The notes below the pieces were generated by a model. The model saw only the letters and a program-made list of their open reading frames with translations. It did not search any database and was not told where the DNA came from. A stretch of DNA of 64,000 bases from Spirochaetia bacterium (GTDB taxonomy: Bacteria > Spirochaetota > Spirochaetia > SZUA-6 > Bin103): positions 658,867 to 722,866 of the forward strand of contig CBDATQ010000002.1 of the NCBI GenBank assembly GCA_965199955.1, read 5' to 3'. A program made the translations under genes and the position numbers. Below are positions 29,422 to 39,853 of the stretch, piece by piece. How positions within the stretch are numbered: the first letter of the stretch is position 1; each line of letters starts with the position of its first letter.

Positions 29422-31845
29422 ATGGCGACCAAGAAATACAATCCCGGATTCCTCAGTGATGACGAACTGGTGGAGTCGTTTTGTGTCCGGACAAGCGAGT
29501 TCGAGTCGATTATCGAGACGCTGCGCGAGAACACCGGCAACTCCAATCAGCATCTGATCGTGATCGGCCCCCGTGGCAGCGGAAAGACGAGCCTGCTTCT
29601 TCGCGTAGCGATCGAGGCGCGCAGGAATCCCGACCTGTCATCCCGGATCTTCCCCATTACATTGGCCGAAGAGAGCTACGAGGTCAGTACGTGCGGCGAG
29701 TTCTGGCTGGAGTGCCTCTCACGTCTGGTCGATCAGGCGCCGCAGCCGGACTGGGCGTCAGACTTGGATCGAACCTACCAGGATCTGCGCGCGATTCAAG
29801 ATGACCGGATGCTTGCCGACCGCTGCCTGGCCGCTTTGCTTGATTTCTCGGACCGTGCTGGCAAGCGGCTGCTGCTGACCGTGGAGAACCTCAACATGAT
29901 GTTCGCGGACATGCTGGACCCGAACGCGGGCTGGCGTCTGAGGAAGTCCCTTCAGACCGAGCCGCGGATCATGCTCCTGGGAAGCGCGACCAGCCGGTTC
30001 GAGGAGATCGATCGGCCGGATCGAGCCTTGTACGACCTGTTCCGCTTGATCAATCTGAGGCCGCTCGACGAGCAGGAATGCAGCGCCCTTTGGGAGGCGG
30101 TGTCGGGCGAGCTTCCTGACAGGGGGAAAATACGATCTCTGCAGATCCTGACGGGGGGGAGCCCGCGGCTGATCGCGATCGTGGCACCGTTCAGTGCGGG
30201 TCGCCCCCTACATGAGCTCATGGACGATCTGCTCGACCTGATCGACGAACACACGGAGTACTTCAAAAGTCATCTCGATGCCCTCGCCTCGCAGGAACGG
30301 CGCGTGTACGTCGCCTTGGCAGATCTGTGGAAGCCGGCCAACACCCGAGAGATAGCCGAACGGGCTCGGCTGGCGTCGAGCACATGCAGCGCCCAACTGA
30401 AGCGTCTCATCGGTCGGGGTGTTGTATCGGAAGAGGGCGGAACCCCCCGGCGCAAGCAGTACTATCTTGTCGAGCGATTATATAACATCTACTATCTGCT
30501 CCGTCGACGCGGATCGGATCCCGTAGTCCGGGCTTTGATCCGTTTCATGGCGTCTTTCTACTCACAGACCGATTTGCTCGGGATGGATAGGCGGATTGAA
30601 GCAGAAGCCAGGTACGCAGACAAGAGCCTGAGGCCGCTATACGAAGCGGCGCTTACTCAACTACGGCAGCTTCCCGAGTTTCGCGTAGTAACTCCCGAAC
30701 ACTTTGCCAATGTTGCCACTTACGTAGCGGCTTATCTCCGGATGTATTTCGAGTATTACGAGCCTGGTCATTACCATGAAACACTTGATGAGTGTGACAG
30801 TATCCTCCGAAGAGCAGGGGCAGAAGCATTTCCGCTGAGCAGAGTTGTTGCTTCTGTGCTCGTAGTGAAGGGCTACGCACTGTGTAAACTCAACCGGCTA
30901 GAGGAGGCGCTTCACGCATATGACGAGGCGATCAGCGAGCTTGACGCATCGGAAATACCGGAGACTTCGGCGGCGATGGTCAACGCAATGCTCAACAAAG
31001 GTATCGTCCTGAGTCAGTTGAATCGGTCAGATGAGGCGCTGGCGCTGTACGATAACATGATCGATCGCTTTGACCCAGCGAGCAGCGAGATCGAGTTTGT
31101 TGAGGATATTGAGACAGCGTGGGTAAACAGAGGGATCACTCTTGGTCTCTTGGAGCGCCTGGAGGAAGCAGTCGACGTATTCGATGGCGTGGTAAAGAGA
31201 TCCGCGGTGCCGCAACAGGTTGCGAGGGCTCTGGCAAACAAGGGCCTATCTCTGTCGCGATTGGGACGGGAGCAACAGGCTCTGGATACATTCAATCACC
31301 TGATGGAACGGTTCGGATCAAGCGATGACGTTGAAATAGTCGAGCAAGTTGCCGTCGGAATGCTGCACAAGGGTGTGACTCTTGACGAGCTGAACAGGAT
31401 CCAAGAGGCGATTGAGGTCTATGATGAGGTCGTGAGACGTTTTGATGGTAGCGGAGCACGCGAGCTCAAGATTTATGTTGGGACGGCGATGGTGAGCCGG
31501 GCCGTGCTGAATAGCAGGTGTGGCACTATGCCGGACGGAACAGGCTACGAGCGCAACCTCAGAGCGATTCTGCCGACTCTTCCGCGACTCGATCATGTGC
31601 CGGAGTCAGTCATCCCCACACTGGCAATGTTGAGTGCCCACCTGGGCGCCGAGCGAATCTTGGAGTTGATCGAGGGATCGCCGGCAGAGGGTTTGTTGCT
31701 GCCGATGGTGACGGCATTGAAACGGGAACTCGGGCGCGAGCCTCGCGTGGCCAAGGAAGTGTCCGAGACCGCTGACGACATCCGCAAAGTGTTGGCAGAA
31801 TTGAGGACTGCCATCCGTTCGTCGGACACGATGGGGCGCGCATGA
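29422..31845 (+). CDS. STAND-like ATPase-wHTH-TPR protein
   Basis: GPRGSGKT, atypical Walker B LLTVENLN, TGGSPR (GxP), HTH REIAERARLASSTCSAQLKRL, about five 37-44 aa TPR-like repeats (NKG..L..LNR.EEA...YD). Confidence 0.88.
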   Translation: MATKKYNPGFLSDDELVESFCVRTSEFESIIETLRENTGNSNQHLIVIGPRGSGKTSLLLRVAIEARRNPDLSSRIFPITLAEESYEVSTCGEFWLECLSRLVDQAPQPDWASDLDRTYQDLRAIQDDRMLADRCLAALLDFSDRAGKRLLLTVENLNMMFADMLDPNAGWRLRKSLQTEPRIMLLGSATSRFEEIDRPDRALYDLFRLINLRPLDEQECSALWEAVSGELPDRGKIRSLQILTGGSPRLIAIVAPFSAGRPLHELMDDLLDLIDEHTEYFKSHLDALASQERRVYVALADLWKPANTREIAERARLASSTCSAQLKRLIGRGVVSEEGGTPRRKQYYLVERLYNIYYLLRRRGSDPVVRALIRFMASFYSQTDLLGMDRRIEAEARYADKSLRPLYEAALTQLRQLPEFRVVTPEHFANVATYVAAYLRMYFEYYEPGHYHETLDECDSILRRAGAEAFPLSRVVASVLVVKGYALCKLNRLEEALHAYDEAISELDASEIPETSAAMVNAMLNKGIVLSQLNRSDEALALYDNMIDRFDPASSEIEFVEDIETAWVNRGITLGLLERLEEAVDVFDGVVKRSAVPQQVARALANKGLSLSRLGREQQALDTFNHLMERFGSSDDVEIVEQVAVGMLHKGVTLDELNRIQEAIEVYDEVVRRFDGSGARELKIYVGTAMVSRAVLNSRCGTMPDGTGYERNLRAILPTLPRLDHVPESVIPTLAMLSAHLGAERILELIEGSPAEGLLLPMVTALKRELGREPRVAKEVSETADDIRKVLAELRTAIRSSDTMGRA

Positions 31846-33040
31846 CTGAGGCCGACACCTGCCGAAAGTTCGTTGTTCCAAGGCTTCAAGAAGCGGGGTG
31901 GGACAACGCACCCCACGTGATCAACGAGCAGCGGACCTTCACCGACGGCCGCATCCTCTTCACCGGCGGCAAGGCGCGGCGTGGCCCGCAGAAGCGCGCG
32001 GACTACCTGCTGCGCTACCGCCCGGACTTCCCGATCGCCGTGGTCGAGGTCAAGGCCCACTACCGGCTCGCGGGCGACGGTATGCAGCAGGCCAAGGAGT
32101 ACGCCGAGATCCTGGGCCTGAAGTTCGCCTACGCGACGAACGGCACCGAGATCATCGAGTTCGACTACACGACCGGCATCGAGCGCACCGTCACCGCCTT
32201 CCCAAGCCCGACGACCTGTGGCACCGCCTTCGAGCCGCGGAGGGGATCGCTGAAGACGATGTCGCCCTCAGCTTGCTCACCCCCACGTTGCCCGACCCTG
32301 CGCGGCCTCTCCGCTACTACCAGGAGATCGCCGTCAACCGGGCTACTCAGGCCGTCCTACAGGGAAGCCGCCGGATCCTGCTTGCCCTCTACACGGGCTC
32401 CGGCAAGACCGCGATCGCCTTCCAGATCTGCTGGAAGCTCTGGTCCGCGCGCTGGAACCGTGCGGGCGCCGTCCGTCGCCCAAAGATTCTGTTCCTGTCG
32501 GACCGCAAAGTGCTGGTGGACGACCCCATGGCCAAAGACTTCAGCCCGTTCGCCGACGGGCGGCACAAGATCTCCGGCACGGCGGTCAAGAGCCGCGACA
32601 TGTACTTCGCCATCTACCAGGCGATCGCCCGAGACGAACAACGCCCCGGCCTCTACCGCGAGTATCCGCAGGGCTTCTTCGATCTGATCATCGTCGACGA
32701 GTGCCACCGCGGCAGCGCCCGTGACGACAGCAACTGGCGGGAGATCCTGGAGTGGTTCGAGCCGGCCGTGCAGATCGGCATGACGGCGACGCCGCGGCGA
32801 GAGGACAACGTCGACACCTACGACTACTTCAGCGATCCGATCTACAGTCTGGCGGAGGGTATCGACGATGGGTTCCTCGCTCCCTACCGCGTCCACCGCG
32901 TCATCACGGACTACGACGCCTCCGGCTGGCGGCCGACCAGGGGAGAGCTGGACCGCTACGGGCGCGAGATACCGGATGCCGAGTATCACACCCGCGACTT
33001 CGAGCGTCTGGTGGCCCTGCAAGCGCGGACGCAGGCGAGG
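31842..33040 (+). pseudogene. hsdR: Type I restriction enzyme R subunit (EcoAI/EcoEI-like), frameshifted near 32207 and 3'-truncated
   Basis: MTEADTC..L..AGW, RADYLL, AVVEVK, QQAKEYA, AYATNG; LRYYQEIA, TGSGKT, IVDECHRG, GMTATP; ends at LQART. Confidence 0.9.
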
Positions 33041-33379
33041 CGGCACCTGGCGCAACCGGCCGGCCGCCCGACCTGCTGATCGGCGTCGGCACCGCCGGCG
33101 CCGAGTTCGGAGCCGGAGCACCGTTCCAGCGCACCCCATGATCGACGAGCGGCTCTGGTTCATGGCCGGCCGCGACGGCGCGCCAGGCCGGACGACCCGC
33201 AACGGCCGGACGGGCCGCACCGCTTTGTGCGCGCCGACATGGCCTACCTGGAGTACCCGAACGGGGGAGCGGTGTTCGCAGCCGGCGCCATCTGCTGGCG
33301 CGGCGCCCTCTCCTGGAACGGCTACGACAACAACGTCTCCCGCATCACGGAGAACGTGCTGAGGACGTTCTCGGCCTGA
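33041..33379 (+). pseudogene. N,N-dimethylformamidase large-subunit-like C-terminal remnant
   Basis: RPPDLLIGVG and VRADMAYLEYPNGGAVFAAGAICWRGALSWNGYDNNVSRITENVLRTF, ending TGA 33377-33379. Confidence 0.72.
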
Positions 33380-33390
33380 CCGGTCCGCCG

Positions 33391-33903
33391 TCAGATCGAG
33401 TGTCCGCCCATCGCCGCGCTGAGCTCGGAAATCCGCAGGATCAGCATGAGCGGCTCATAGTCCGAGAATCGCGTGAAGCCGTGGCGCCGATAGAACCTCG
33501 CCACCTGCTCGTCGAGCGCCTGAACGACGATGGCCCGTGCTCCGATCACGCCGGCCGCGGTCAGGGCTCTCCTGCCGGCATCGAACAGCAGGTCCGATCC
33601 CAGCCCTCTGCCCTGGTAGTCCACGTCCACCGCCAGTTGTCCGAGCAGGATCACCGGGATCGGTTCAGGCATGCTTCTGCCCACGCGTGAAGAGACTCGC
33701 CGCCGTTCCACCGAGCTGGCGGCCAGGCTGTAGAAGGCGATCACGTGGTCCTGCGCGCAGACGACGTACGTCCGTGCGCCACCCTTCGACTCGTTCAGCC
33801 GGGCCTTGCGTTGCAGCCAGGCATTGATGCCCGGCACCCCGCAGTCGAAGCGGGACACGTCGTGCCGCGCGGCAAGTGCTTCCGGAGCGGCTATTGCTCC
33901 CAC
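33391..33903 (-). CDS. GNAT acetyltransferase toxin (TacT/AtaT-like)
   Basis: RFDCG, FYSLAA, PIPVILLGQLAVD..QGRGLGSDLL, FYRRHGF; overlaps the antitoxin. Confidence 0.9.
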   Translation of the reverse strand: MGAIAAPEALAARHDVSRFDCGVPGINAWLQRKARLNESKGGARTYVVCAQDHVIAFYSLAASSVERRRVSSRVGRSMPEPIPVILLGQLAVDVDYQGRGLGSDLLFDAGRRALTAAGVIGARAIVVQALDEQVARFYRRHGFTRFSDYEPLMLILRISELSAAMGGHSI

Positions 33904-34148
33904 AGCGGTCGGCGCGTGACCAGGTTCCTCAGGCGATCGTTCGGCTCGACCGGGGCATCCAACGCCGCCACGAAGGCATCGTACGCCTCATCGTCGAGCG
34001 CGATGACCGGACGTTCGCTCAACGCTTCGATCGCCGCCGCTTCGCTCGACCGGAGCACGAACTCCGTGCGCGTCACGCCGCGAATGGCCGCGGCCCGGTC
34101 GATGAGAGCCAGGCGCTCGTCTTTCATCCTGAAGTTCACTTGGCCCAT
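33891..34148 (-). CDS. DUF1778 RHH antitoxin (TacA-like)
   Basis: VNFR...LIDRAAAIRGVTRTEFVL..A..L.....LDDEAYDAFVAALDAP..PNDRL; AGGAG RBS. Confidence 0.9.
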   Translation of the reverse strand: MGQVNFRMKDERLALIDRAAAIRGVTRTEFVLRSSEAAAIEALSERPVIALDDEAYDAFVAALDAPVEPNDRLRNLVTRRPLWEQ

Positions 34149-34229
34149 TGTGGTCAACTCCTGGAAAGCGAGGATAAGATGATCCCACAGGGTGTGTACC
34201 GATTGTATAGACATGAGGTCAAGTGAGGA

Positions 34230-35207
34230 ATGGACGTGAGCGCACTCACCGAGCGTCAAGTCGAGTTCTTCCGGCGCGAGGGCTACGTGATGGTGCCGGA
34301 CGTCTTCGCGGCGGCCGACCTGGAGCCGTTGCGCGATGAGTTCACGGAGGTCATTCACCAGACCGCCGTCGAGCTGCAGGCCGCGGGCAAGCTGTCGCGG
34401 CTCTACGAGGAGGAGCCGTTCGAGCGGCGCCTGTCCCGCATCTACGCGGAGACCGACGAGATCCTGGGGCCGATCATCGGCCGGGGCGGCGGCGGGCACA
34501 GCGGGCCGGCGCTGTTCGCGGTCATCACGCATCCTCGCCTGCTGGAGGTGGTGGAGTCCCTCATCGGTCCGGAGATCGTCGCCTCCTCCGTCTACCGGGT
34601 TCGTCCGAAGATTCCCGGTATGGCGCGCGGAGTGGTGCCGTGGCACCAGGACTCCGGCTACTTCAACCCGCACTGCGACCGGGATCTGATCGTGACTTGC
34701 TGGATCCCGCTGGTGGACGCCACCGTCGAGAACGGCTGCCTGGAAGTGCTGCCGCGCGCCCACCGGCAGGGCGTGGTCCGGCACTACACGGAGGGTCCCA
34801 ACGGCTACCTGGCGATCGATGACCCGGACCTTCCGGACACCGCTGCGCCGGTCGCGGTGCCGGTGCCGCTCGGCGGCGTCCTGCTGCTGACCAACATCAC
34901 CCCGCACAGCTCGACTCCCAACCACACCGACGTGGTGCGCTGGAGCCTGGACCTGCGCTACCAGCACGTGGGCGTGCCCAACAACGTCGGCGAGGCGCCG
35001 CAGGACTTCACCTGGAACCGGCCCGACGCCGAAATCGCCTGCTACCCGCCGGAGGCGGACTTCGTCGTGCAGAGCGCCCGTGCCCCCGAGTCGGTCGTGC
35101 GCTCCGCGGCGGAGTTCAACCGCATCCGCCAGCGCTACGAGCGAACGCGCCCACCCGGCCCGGAGCGGGGCTGGATCCCGTACGACCGGCGTCCGAGAGC
35201 CTCATGA
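34230..35207 (+). CDS. PhyH-family dioxygenase
   Basis: FFRREGY, PWHQDSGY, WIPLVDATVENGCL, PHSS, RWSLDLRY. Confidence 0.92.
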   Translation: MDVSALTERQVEFFRREGYVMVPDVFAAADLEPLRDEFTEVIHQTAVELQAAGKLSRLYEEEPFERRLSRIYAETDEILGPIIGRGGGGHSGPALFAVITHPRLLEVVESLIGPEIVASSVYRVRPKIPGMARGVVPWHQDSGYFNPHCDRDLIVTCWIPLVDATVENGCLEVLPRAHRQGVVRHYTEGPNGYLAIDDPDLPDTAAPVAVPVPLGGVLLLTNITPHSSTPNHTDVVRWSLDLRYQHVGVPNNVGEAPQDFTWNRPDAEIACYPPEADFVVQSARAPESVVRSAAEFNRIRQRYERTRPPGPERGWIPYDRRPRAS

Positions 35208-36664
35208 TCGACAAGGTCGAGGTGCCGCCGCCGAGCGGCGTCTTCGCGCAACCGCGGTCACTGAAGAAGATCATCGGGTTGCTGGCCGTGTTCGGGCCGG
35301 CGGCGATCGTGGCGTCGGTGAGCATCGGCGCCGGCGAGACCATCGTCGTCGTGCGCGCGGGCGCCTGGGCGCGCTACGGGCTGTTGTGGCTGGTTCTCCT
35401 GAGCTGCGTGGTGAAGGGGATCTTCGTCACCTACCTGCTCGGCCGCTACACGGCGGTCAGCGGCGAGCACATCGGCCACCGCCTGGTGCGGCTGCCCGGC
35501 CCGCGCGGCTGGCTGCTGCTCGCGATCGGGGCGCTGGAGATGATCGGCGCGCCGCTCGCCTGGGTGCCGATCGCCAAGCCCGTCGGGGACCTGTTCCACT
35601 TCTTCCTCCAAGACGTGCTGCCGGCGGCTGTCCTCGAGTTGACGTACGAGAATCTCATCACCTGCGGCTTCATCGCCCTAGCCCTGGCGTTCGGCCTGCG
35701 CCTGTCCTTCGAGAAACTGGAGAAGCAGCAACTGGTCATCTGCAGCATCCTGGTGCTTGGGACCATCGCCGGCACCCTGATGGTGCGTCCCGACTTCCGC
35801 GAGGCGCTCATCGGCAGCCTGAGCTTCGGACGGCTGCCCGAGTTTCCGGAGTGGGCGCCGCGCGATGCGGTGCAGAACCCGCTGCTGACCATGGCGACCG
35901 CGTTCGCCTACGTGGGCGGCACCGCGATGGGCTACGTCGTGTACGCCAACTGGGTCGGCATCCACCGTTGGGGCATGACCGGGCACGAGGACATCGAGGC
36001 GATTCGCCGCCACGCGTTCACCCGCGACCGGATCGACTATCTGCCCGACGACCCGCAGCAGGTGGCGCGCATGCGCAGAATCGTCGCGCCGCTGCGGTGG
36101 GACGTCGGCATGGGCGCGGTCGTCCTGTTCATCGTGACGAGCGCGTTCATGATTTCCGGCGCCGCCGTGCTGTATCCGCTGCAGAGCCAGTTCGCCGGCT
36201 GGAGCCTGCTCACCGAGCAGCGCCACGTCTGGAGCGCCATTCACGGATCGCTGATCTGGGTCTACTACGTCTGCATCGTCGCCGCGCTGTGGGGGACGCT
36301 GCAGGCGTTTCCCGAGATCTACTCCCGCGTCCTGCAGGAGTTCTTCCAGGCGATCTGGCCCGGCCGGCCGTGGGACTACGCACGGATCCGGCGGTACGTC
36401 AGCGCGTACCTGCTGGTCACGACCTTCGTGATCGTCTGGCTCAACATCCCGTTCGACATCCTCACGCAGGTCGCGGGGTTCGTGCTGGCCAACCTGTCGA
36501 TCGCCCTCATGATGCTCGGCGCGCTCTACCTGAACTTCAAGCTGCCGGGCGCCTACCGGACGCGCCCGCCGATGCTGGCCGGCGCGATCATCTCGGCGGT
36601 GATCCTGGTCGTCTTCGCGGGCATCAGCGGCTGGGGACTGGCGGGGAAGCTGCTCGGAATCTGA
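35204..36664 (+). CDS. Nramp/MntH-like secondary transporter (APC fold)
   Basis: GPAAIVASVSIGAGE, GRYTAVSGE, about 11 hydrophobic segments; ATGA-coupled to phyH. Confidence 0.78.
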   Translation: MIDKVEVPPPSGVFAQPRSLKKIIGLLAVFGPAAIVASVSIGAGETIVVVRAGAWARYGLLWLVLLSCVVKGIFVTYLLGRYTAVSGEHIGHRLVRLPGPRGWLLLAIGALEMIGAPLAWVPIAKPVGDLFHFFLQDVLPAAVLELTYENLITCGFIALALAFGLRLSFEKLEKQQLVICSILVLGTIAGTLMVRPDFREALIGSLSFGRLPEFPEWAPRDAVQNPLLTMATAFAYVGGTAMGYVVYANWVGIHRWGMTGHEDIEAIRRHAFTRDRIDYLPDDPQQVARMRRIVAPLRWDVGMGAVVLFIVTSAFMISGAAVLYPLQSQFAGWSLLTEQRHVWSAIHGSLIWVYYVCIVAALWGTLQAFPEIYSRVLQEFFQAIWPGRPWDYARIRRYVSAYLLVTTFVIVWLNIPFDILTQVAGFVLANLSIALMMLGALYLNFKLPGAYRTRPPMLAGAIISAVILVVFAGISGWGLAGKLLGI

Positions 36665-36689
36665 CGGAGCCGGTCAGCCGCGCGGGCAG

Positions 36690-37538
36690 CTACCGCTCGC
36701 GTGCGACGTGGCGGCGCAGCCTGTGCTCCAGCGCCCGCACCAGGATCGACAGGCCGATGGTCATCACCAGGTAGAGGAAGGCGACGGTGTTGTAGGTCTC
36801 GAAGAAGCGGAACGAGGAGGCCGAGTACACCTTGGCCTGCTGGGTGATGTCCCCCACACCCAGCACGGAGACCAGGGCCGAGTCCTTGATCATGGCCACG
36901 AAGTCGTTGCCCAGCGGCGGCAGCACCGTGCGCGCCGCCTGTGGCAGCACGACGTGCAGCATCGCCTGCCGCCGGGTCATGCCCAGCGACAGCGCCGCCT
37001 CCAACTGCCCGCGCGGCACCGCCTCGATGCCGGCGCGGAAGATCTCGGCCAGGAAGGCGCTGTAGCCGATGGTGAGGGCTATGATCGCCCGCCAGACGAA
37101 GTCGACGCGCCGGACGCTCAACGGCTCCATCCAGCCGGCGGCGATCAGCGGCTCGGCCAGCCGGTTGATCAGCACCACCGCCGCCGGCGCCGCCACAAAG
37201 GCGACGTAGTAGAGGATGACCAGCATCGGTACCCCGCGCACCACCTCGATGTAGACGCTCGCCGCCTCGCGCAGCACCCGACGGTGGGAGGCGCGCATCA
37301 GCCCGAACAGCAGGCCCACGGCCGCCGCCGCGACGTAGGCGATCACCGACACGTACAGTGTGGTGACGATCCCGCGGCTCACCGCGCGGAAGATGATCCG
37401 GTAGTCCTCCTCCCGCACCACCGACCACACCGCCAGCACGCCCAGCAGCATGATCGCCAGCAGCCAGTAGGGCAGGCGGGAGAGGGACGCGACCGGCAGC
37501 AGGTGCCGCCGCGACGTGCCGGCGGCGACCCTGTTCAC
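36690..37538 (-). CDS. Polar amino acid ABC transporter permease
   Basis: [36 protein letters not shown]. Confidence 0.93.
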   Translation of the reverse strand: MNRVAAGTSRRHLLPVASLSRLPYWLLAIMLLGVLAVWSVVREEDYRIIFRAVSRGIVTTLYVSVIAYVAAAAVGLLFGLMRASHRRVLREAASVYIEVVRGVPMLVILYYVAFVAAPAAVVLINRLAEPLIAAGWMEPLSVRRVDFVWRAIIALTIGYSAFLAEIFRAGIEAVPRGQLEAALSLGMTRRQAMLHVVLPQAARTVLPPLGNDFVAMIKDSALVSVLGVGDITQQAKVYSASSFRFFETYNTVAFLYLVMTIGLSILVRALEHRLRRHVARER

Positions 37539-37566
37539 GGCAGCAGGTCGAGAGTCCGGCCGGCCT

Positions 37567-38349
37567 CTACGGGCTGTACTCGAAGAACCACTTGACGCTC
37601 AGCGCCTCCAGGAAGCCCTCCTCGGCAAGCTCCCGAATCGCCTCGTCGAACGGCTCGCGCAGGTCGGAGCCGGGCGTGAAGATGAAGCCGAAGTCCTCCG
37701 TGCCCAGCGCCTCGCCGACGGTCTTGAGGGCGTCGGGGTTGGCGCCGATGTAGCCGCGGCTGCTCGCCGCGTCCATGAGCACCAGGTCCACGTCGCCGAT
37801 GATCAGCGCCTGCACCGCGGCGCCGAAGGTGTCGAACAGCTTGATGCGCGGGTTGTCCTCGTTCCCGTCCAGGATGTCGTAGACGGCCACGTAGAAGTTG
37901 GTGGTGCCGGGCTGCGAGCCGATCAGCAGATCCCCGTCGGCGGCGACCTCCTCCGGCGTGGTGAAGCGCTCCTCGTCCGCGCGCACCAGCATGAACTGCT
38001 GCGAGGTGAGGTAAGGGATGGAGAAATCCACCCGCTCGGCGCGCTCCTCGGTAATGGTGATGCCGTCCATGCCCACGTCGAACTGGCCGTTGCGCACCGC
38101 CTCGATCATCGCGTCCCAGGCGGTCACTTGCCAGTCGACGGCGCAATTGAGCCGCCGGCAGATCTCGTTGACAGCGTCGTACTCCCAGCCGACCGCTTCG
38201 CCGGTCCGGGGATCGACGAAGTTCAGGGGCACGTAGTCGTTGCCGGTCACGGCGACCACGGTGCGCCCGCCCAGATCCGGCAGGCCGAACGCTGCCTGTG
38301 CGGCCAGCAGCGCCAGCGCCGCCACAAGTCCTCGTATGGTGTGTTTCAT
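37567..38349 (-). CDS. Polar amino acid ABC transporter substrate-binding protein (family 3)
   Basis: Signal peptide, [32 protein letters not shown]. Confidence 0.92.
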   Translation of the reverse strand: MKHTIRGLVAALALLAAQAAFGLPDLGGRTVVAVTGNDYVPLNFVDPRTGEAVGWEYDAVNEICRRLNCAVDWQVTAWDAMIEAVRNGQFDVGMDGITITEERAERVDFSIPYLTSQQFMLVRADEERFTTPEEVAADGDLLIGSQPGTTNFYVAVYDILDGNEDNPRIKLFDTFGAAVQALIIGDVDLVLMDAASSRGYIGANPDALKTVGEALGTEDFGFIFTPGSDLREPFDEAIRELAEEGFLEALSVKWFFEYSP

Positions 38350-38458
38350 TGCGACGGTAGTGTTCCGGTTCCACGGAGGCGGGGCAAGCTGTCGTGGCGC
38401 ACGGTGGCGTGCCCTCGTGCTTTGACGCCTCCTGGGAGCCGCGCTACGGTTCCCCGGC

Positions 38459-39853
38459 ATGAACGTCTCGATGAGAGCGCGTTCGCGCGCCAGACGCCGG
38501 GTGGCGGCGCTGATCCCGGCGGTCCTGGTGCTCCTGAGTTGCGGGGAGACGGCGCAGGGACAACCGGCAGACGGGACACCGGTCGTCCTGTACGGGCCGG
38601 CCGGCACCCCGATACCGTCCGCCCCCGCCGTGCCGGACGGAGCGGTCTCGGCGGAGGTCGCGGAAGGCCTGGAGGCGCTGTTCGACCGCTCGGTCCCCGG
38701 TGGGCCGATCGAGGCGATCGACCGGTTGGGCGCCGCCGGCGACCCCCGCGTGCTGTGGCTGCTGACCGACCTGTTCCCGTTCTCGAACCGGGACATGCTG
38801 ACGGCGGTCCGAGCCGCCTTTGTGGCGCTCACCGAAACCGAGCTCGCGCCCGAGGACGACGGACGCCTGACGATGATCAACCGCCTGATCGCCTGGGAAC
38901 TGCCGGCCTTTCCCGGCTATCGCGAATACAAGTGGCGGCTGTTCCGGTTCATCGAGCCTCTGTGGGAGCCGTTCTTCACCGACGAGGACTCGATCGTAGA
39001 CTGGCGGCTGGTCGGTTGGGGCGGCGTGGCGATCGACGAGCGCCTGCACGCCACACCGGAGGCGCGCTGCCTGCGCGGCTGCATCCCCGCGATCGACGAT
39101 CCGGCCGTCACCTCCGCCTCCGGCGGCGACTGGTATCCGGACGAGCGGCTGGTGTTCGGCCTGGTCATCAACGGCGAGGCGCGCGCCTACCCGAAGAACA
39201 TGATGGAAGTGCACGAGATGGTGAACGACACGCTCGGCGGCCGGCGCTTCGGCATGCCCTACTGCACGCTGTGCGGGTCCGCGCAGGCGTACTTCACCGA
39301 CGACGTGGAAGGCTTCAGTCCCGTGCTGCGCACCTCCGGTCTGCTGTCCCGCTCGAACAAGTTCATGTACGACCGCAGCACGTGGTCGGCGGTCGACACC
39401 TTCACCGGCCATGCGCTGTCCGGCCCGCTGTACGACGCCGGCGTGGTGTTGACGCCGGTGGCGGTGGTCACCTCCACCTGGGGCGACTGGAAGCGCCGGC
39501 ACCCGGAGACGACGATCCTGGACCGGTTTCGCGCCTATCCGCTGGACCCGCTCCGGGGCCGTGACGACCATGGCCCGATCTTCGCGGTCGGCGACGTCGA
39601 CCAGCGCCTGCCCATCCAGGAGCGTGTGCTCGGCGTGGCAGGCCCGGACGGTCCGATCGCCTTCCCTGTGGCGCCGGCGGTGATCGCGTTGAAGGAAGGC
39701 GTGGCGGTGGAGATGGGCGGCGTGCGACTGGAGCTGGACGGCAGCGGGCTGCGTGCCTTCATCGGCGAGCGGGACGCCGCCGCGCACGAGGCGTTCTGGT
39801 TCGCCTGGAGCCAGTTCAAGCCGGACACGCGGATCTGGGAGCGTGACGGATAG
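38459..39853 (+). CDS. DUF3179-family protein, probable lipoprotein
   Basis: Lipobox-like LLSC, WGGV, IPAIDDP, GEARAYP..HEMVND, YCTLCGS, TSGLL..SNKFMYD, FWFAW. Confidence 0.85.
   Translation: MNVSMRARSRARRRVAALIPAVLVLLSCGETAQGQPADGTPVVLYGPAGTPIPSAPAVPDGAVSAEVAEGLEALFDRSVPGGPIEAIDRLGAAGDPRVLWLLTDLFPFSNRDMLTAVRAAFVALTETELAPEDDGRLTMINRLIAWELPAFPGYREYKWRLFRFIEPLWEPFFTDEDSIVDWRLVGWGGVAIDERLHATPEARCLRGCIPAIDDPAVTSASGGDWYPDERLVFGLVINGEARAYPKNMMEVHEMVNDTLGGRRFGMPYCTLCGSAQAYFTDDVEGFSPVLRTSGLLSRSNKFMYDRSTWSAVDTFTGHALSGPLYDAGVVLTPVAVVTSTWGDWKRRHPETTILDRFRAYPLDPLRGRDDHGPIFAVGDVDQRLPIQERVLGVAGPDGPIAFPVAPAVIALKEGVAVEMGGVRLELDGSGLRAFIGERDAAAHEAFWFAWSQFKPDTRIWERDG

Noticed and set aside
31842-33040. Functional type I restriction-modification system
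   Set aside because: hsdR is frameshifted and truncated, and no hsdM or hsdS is present in the window.
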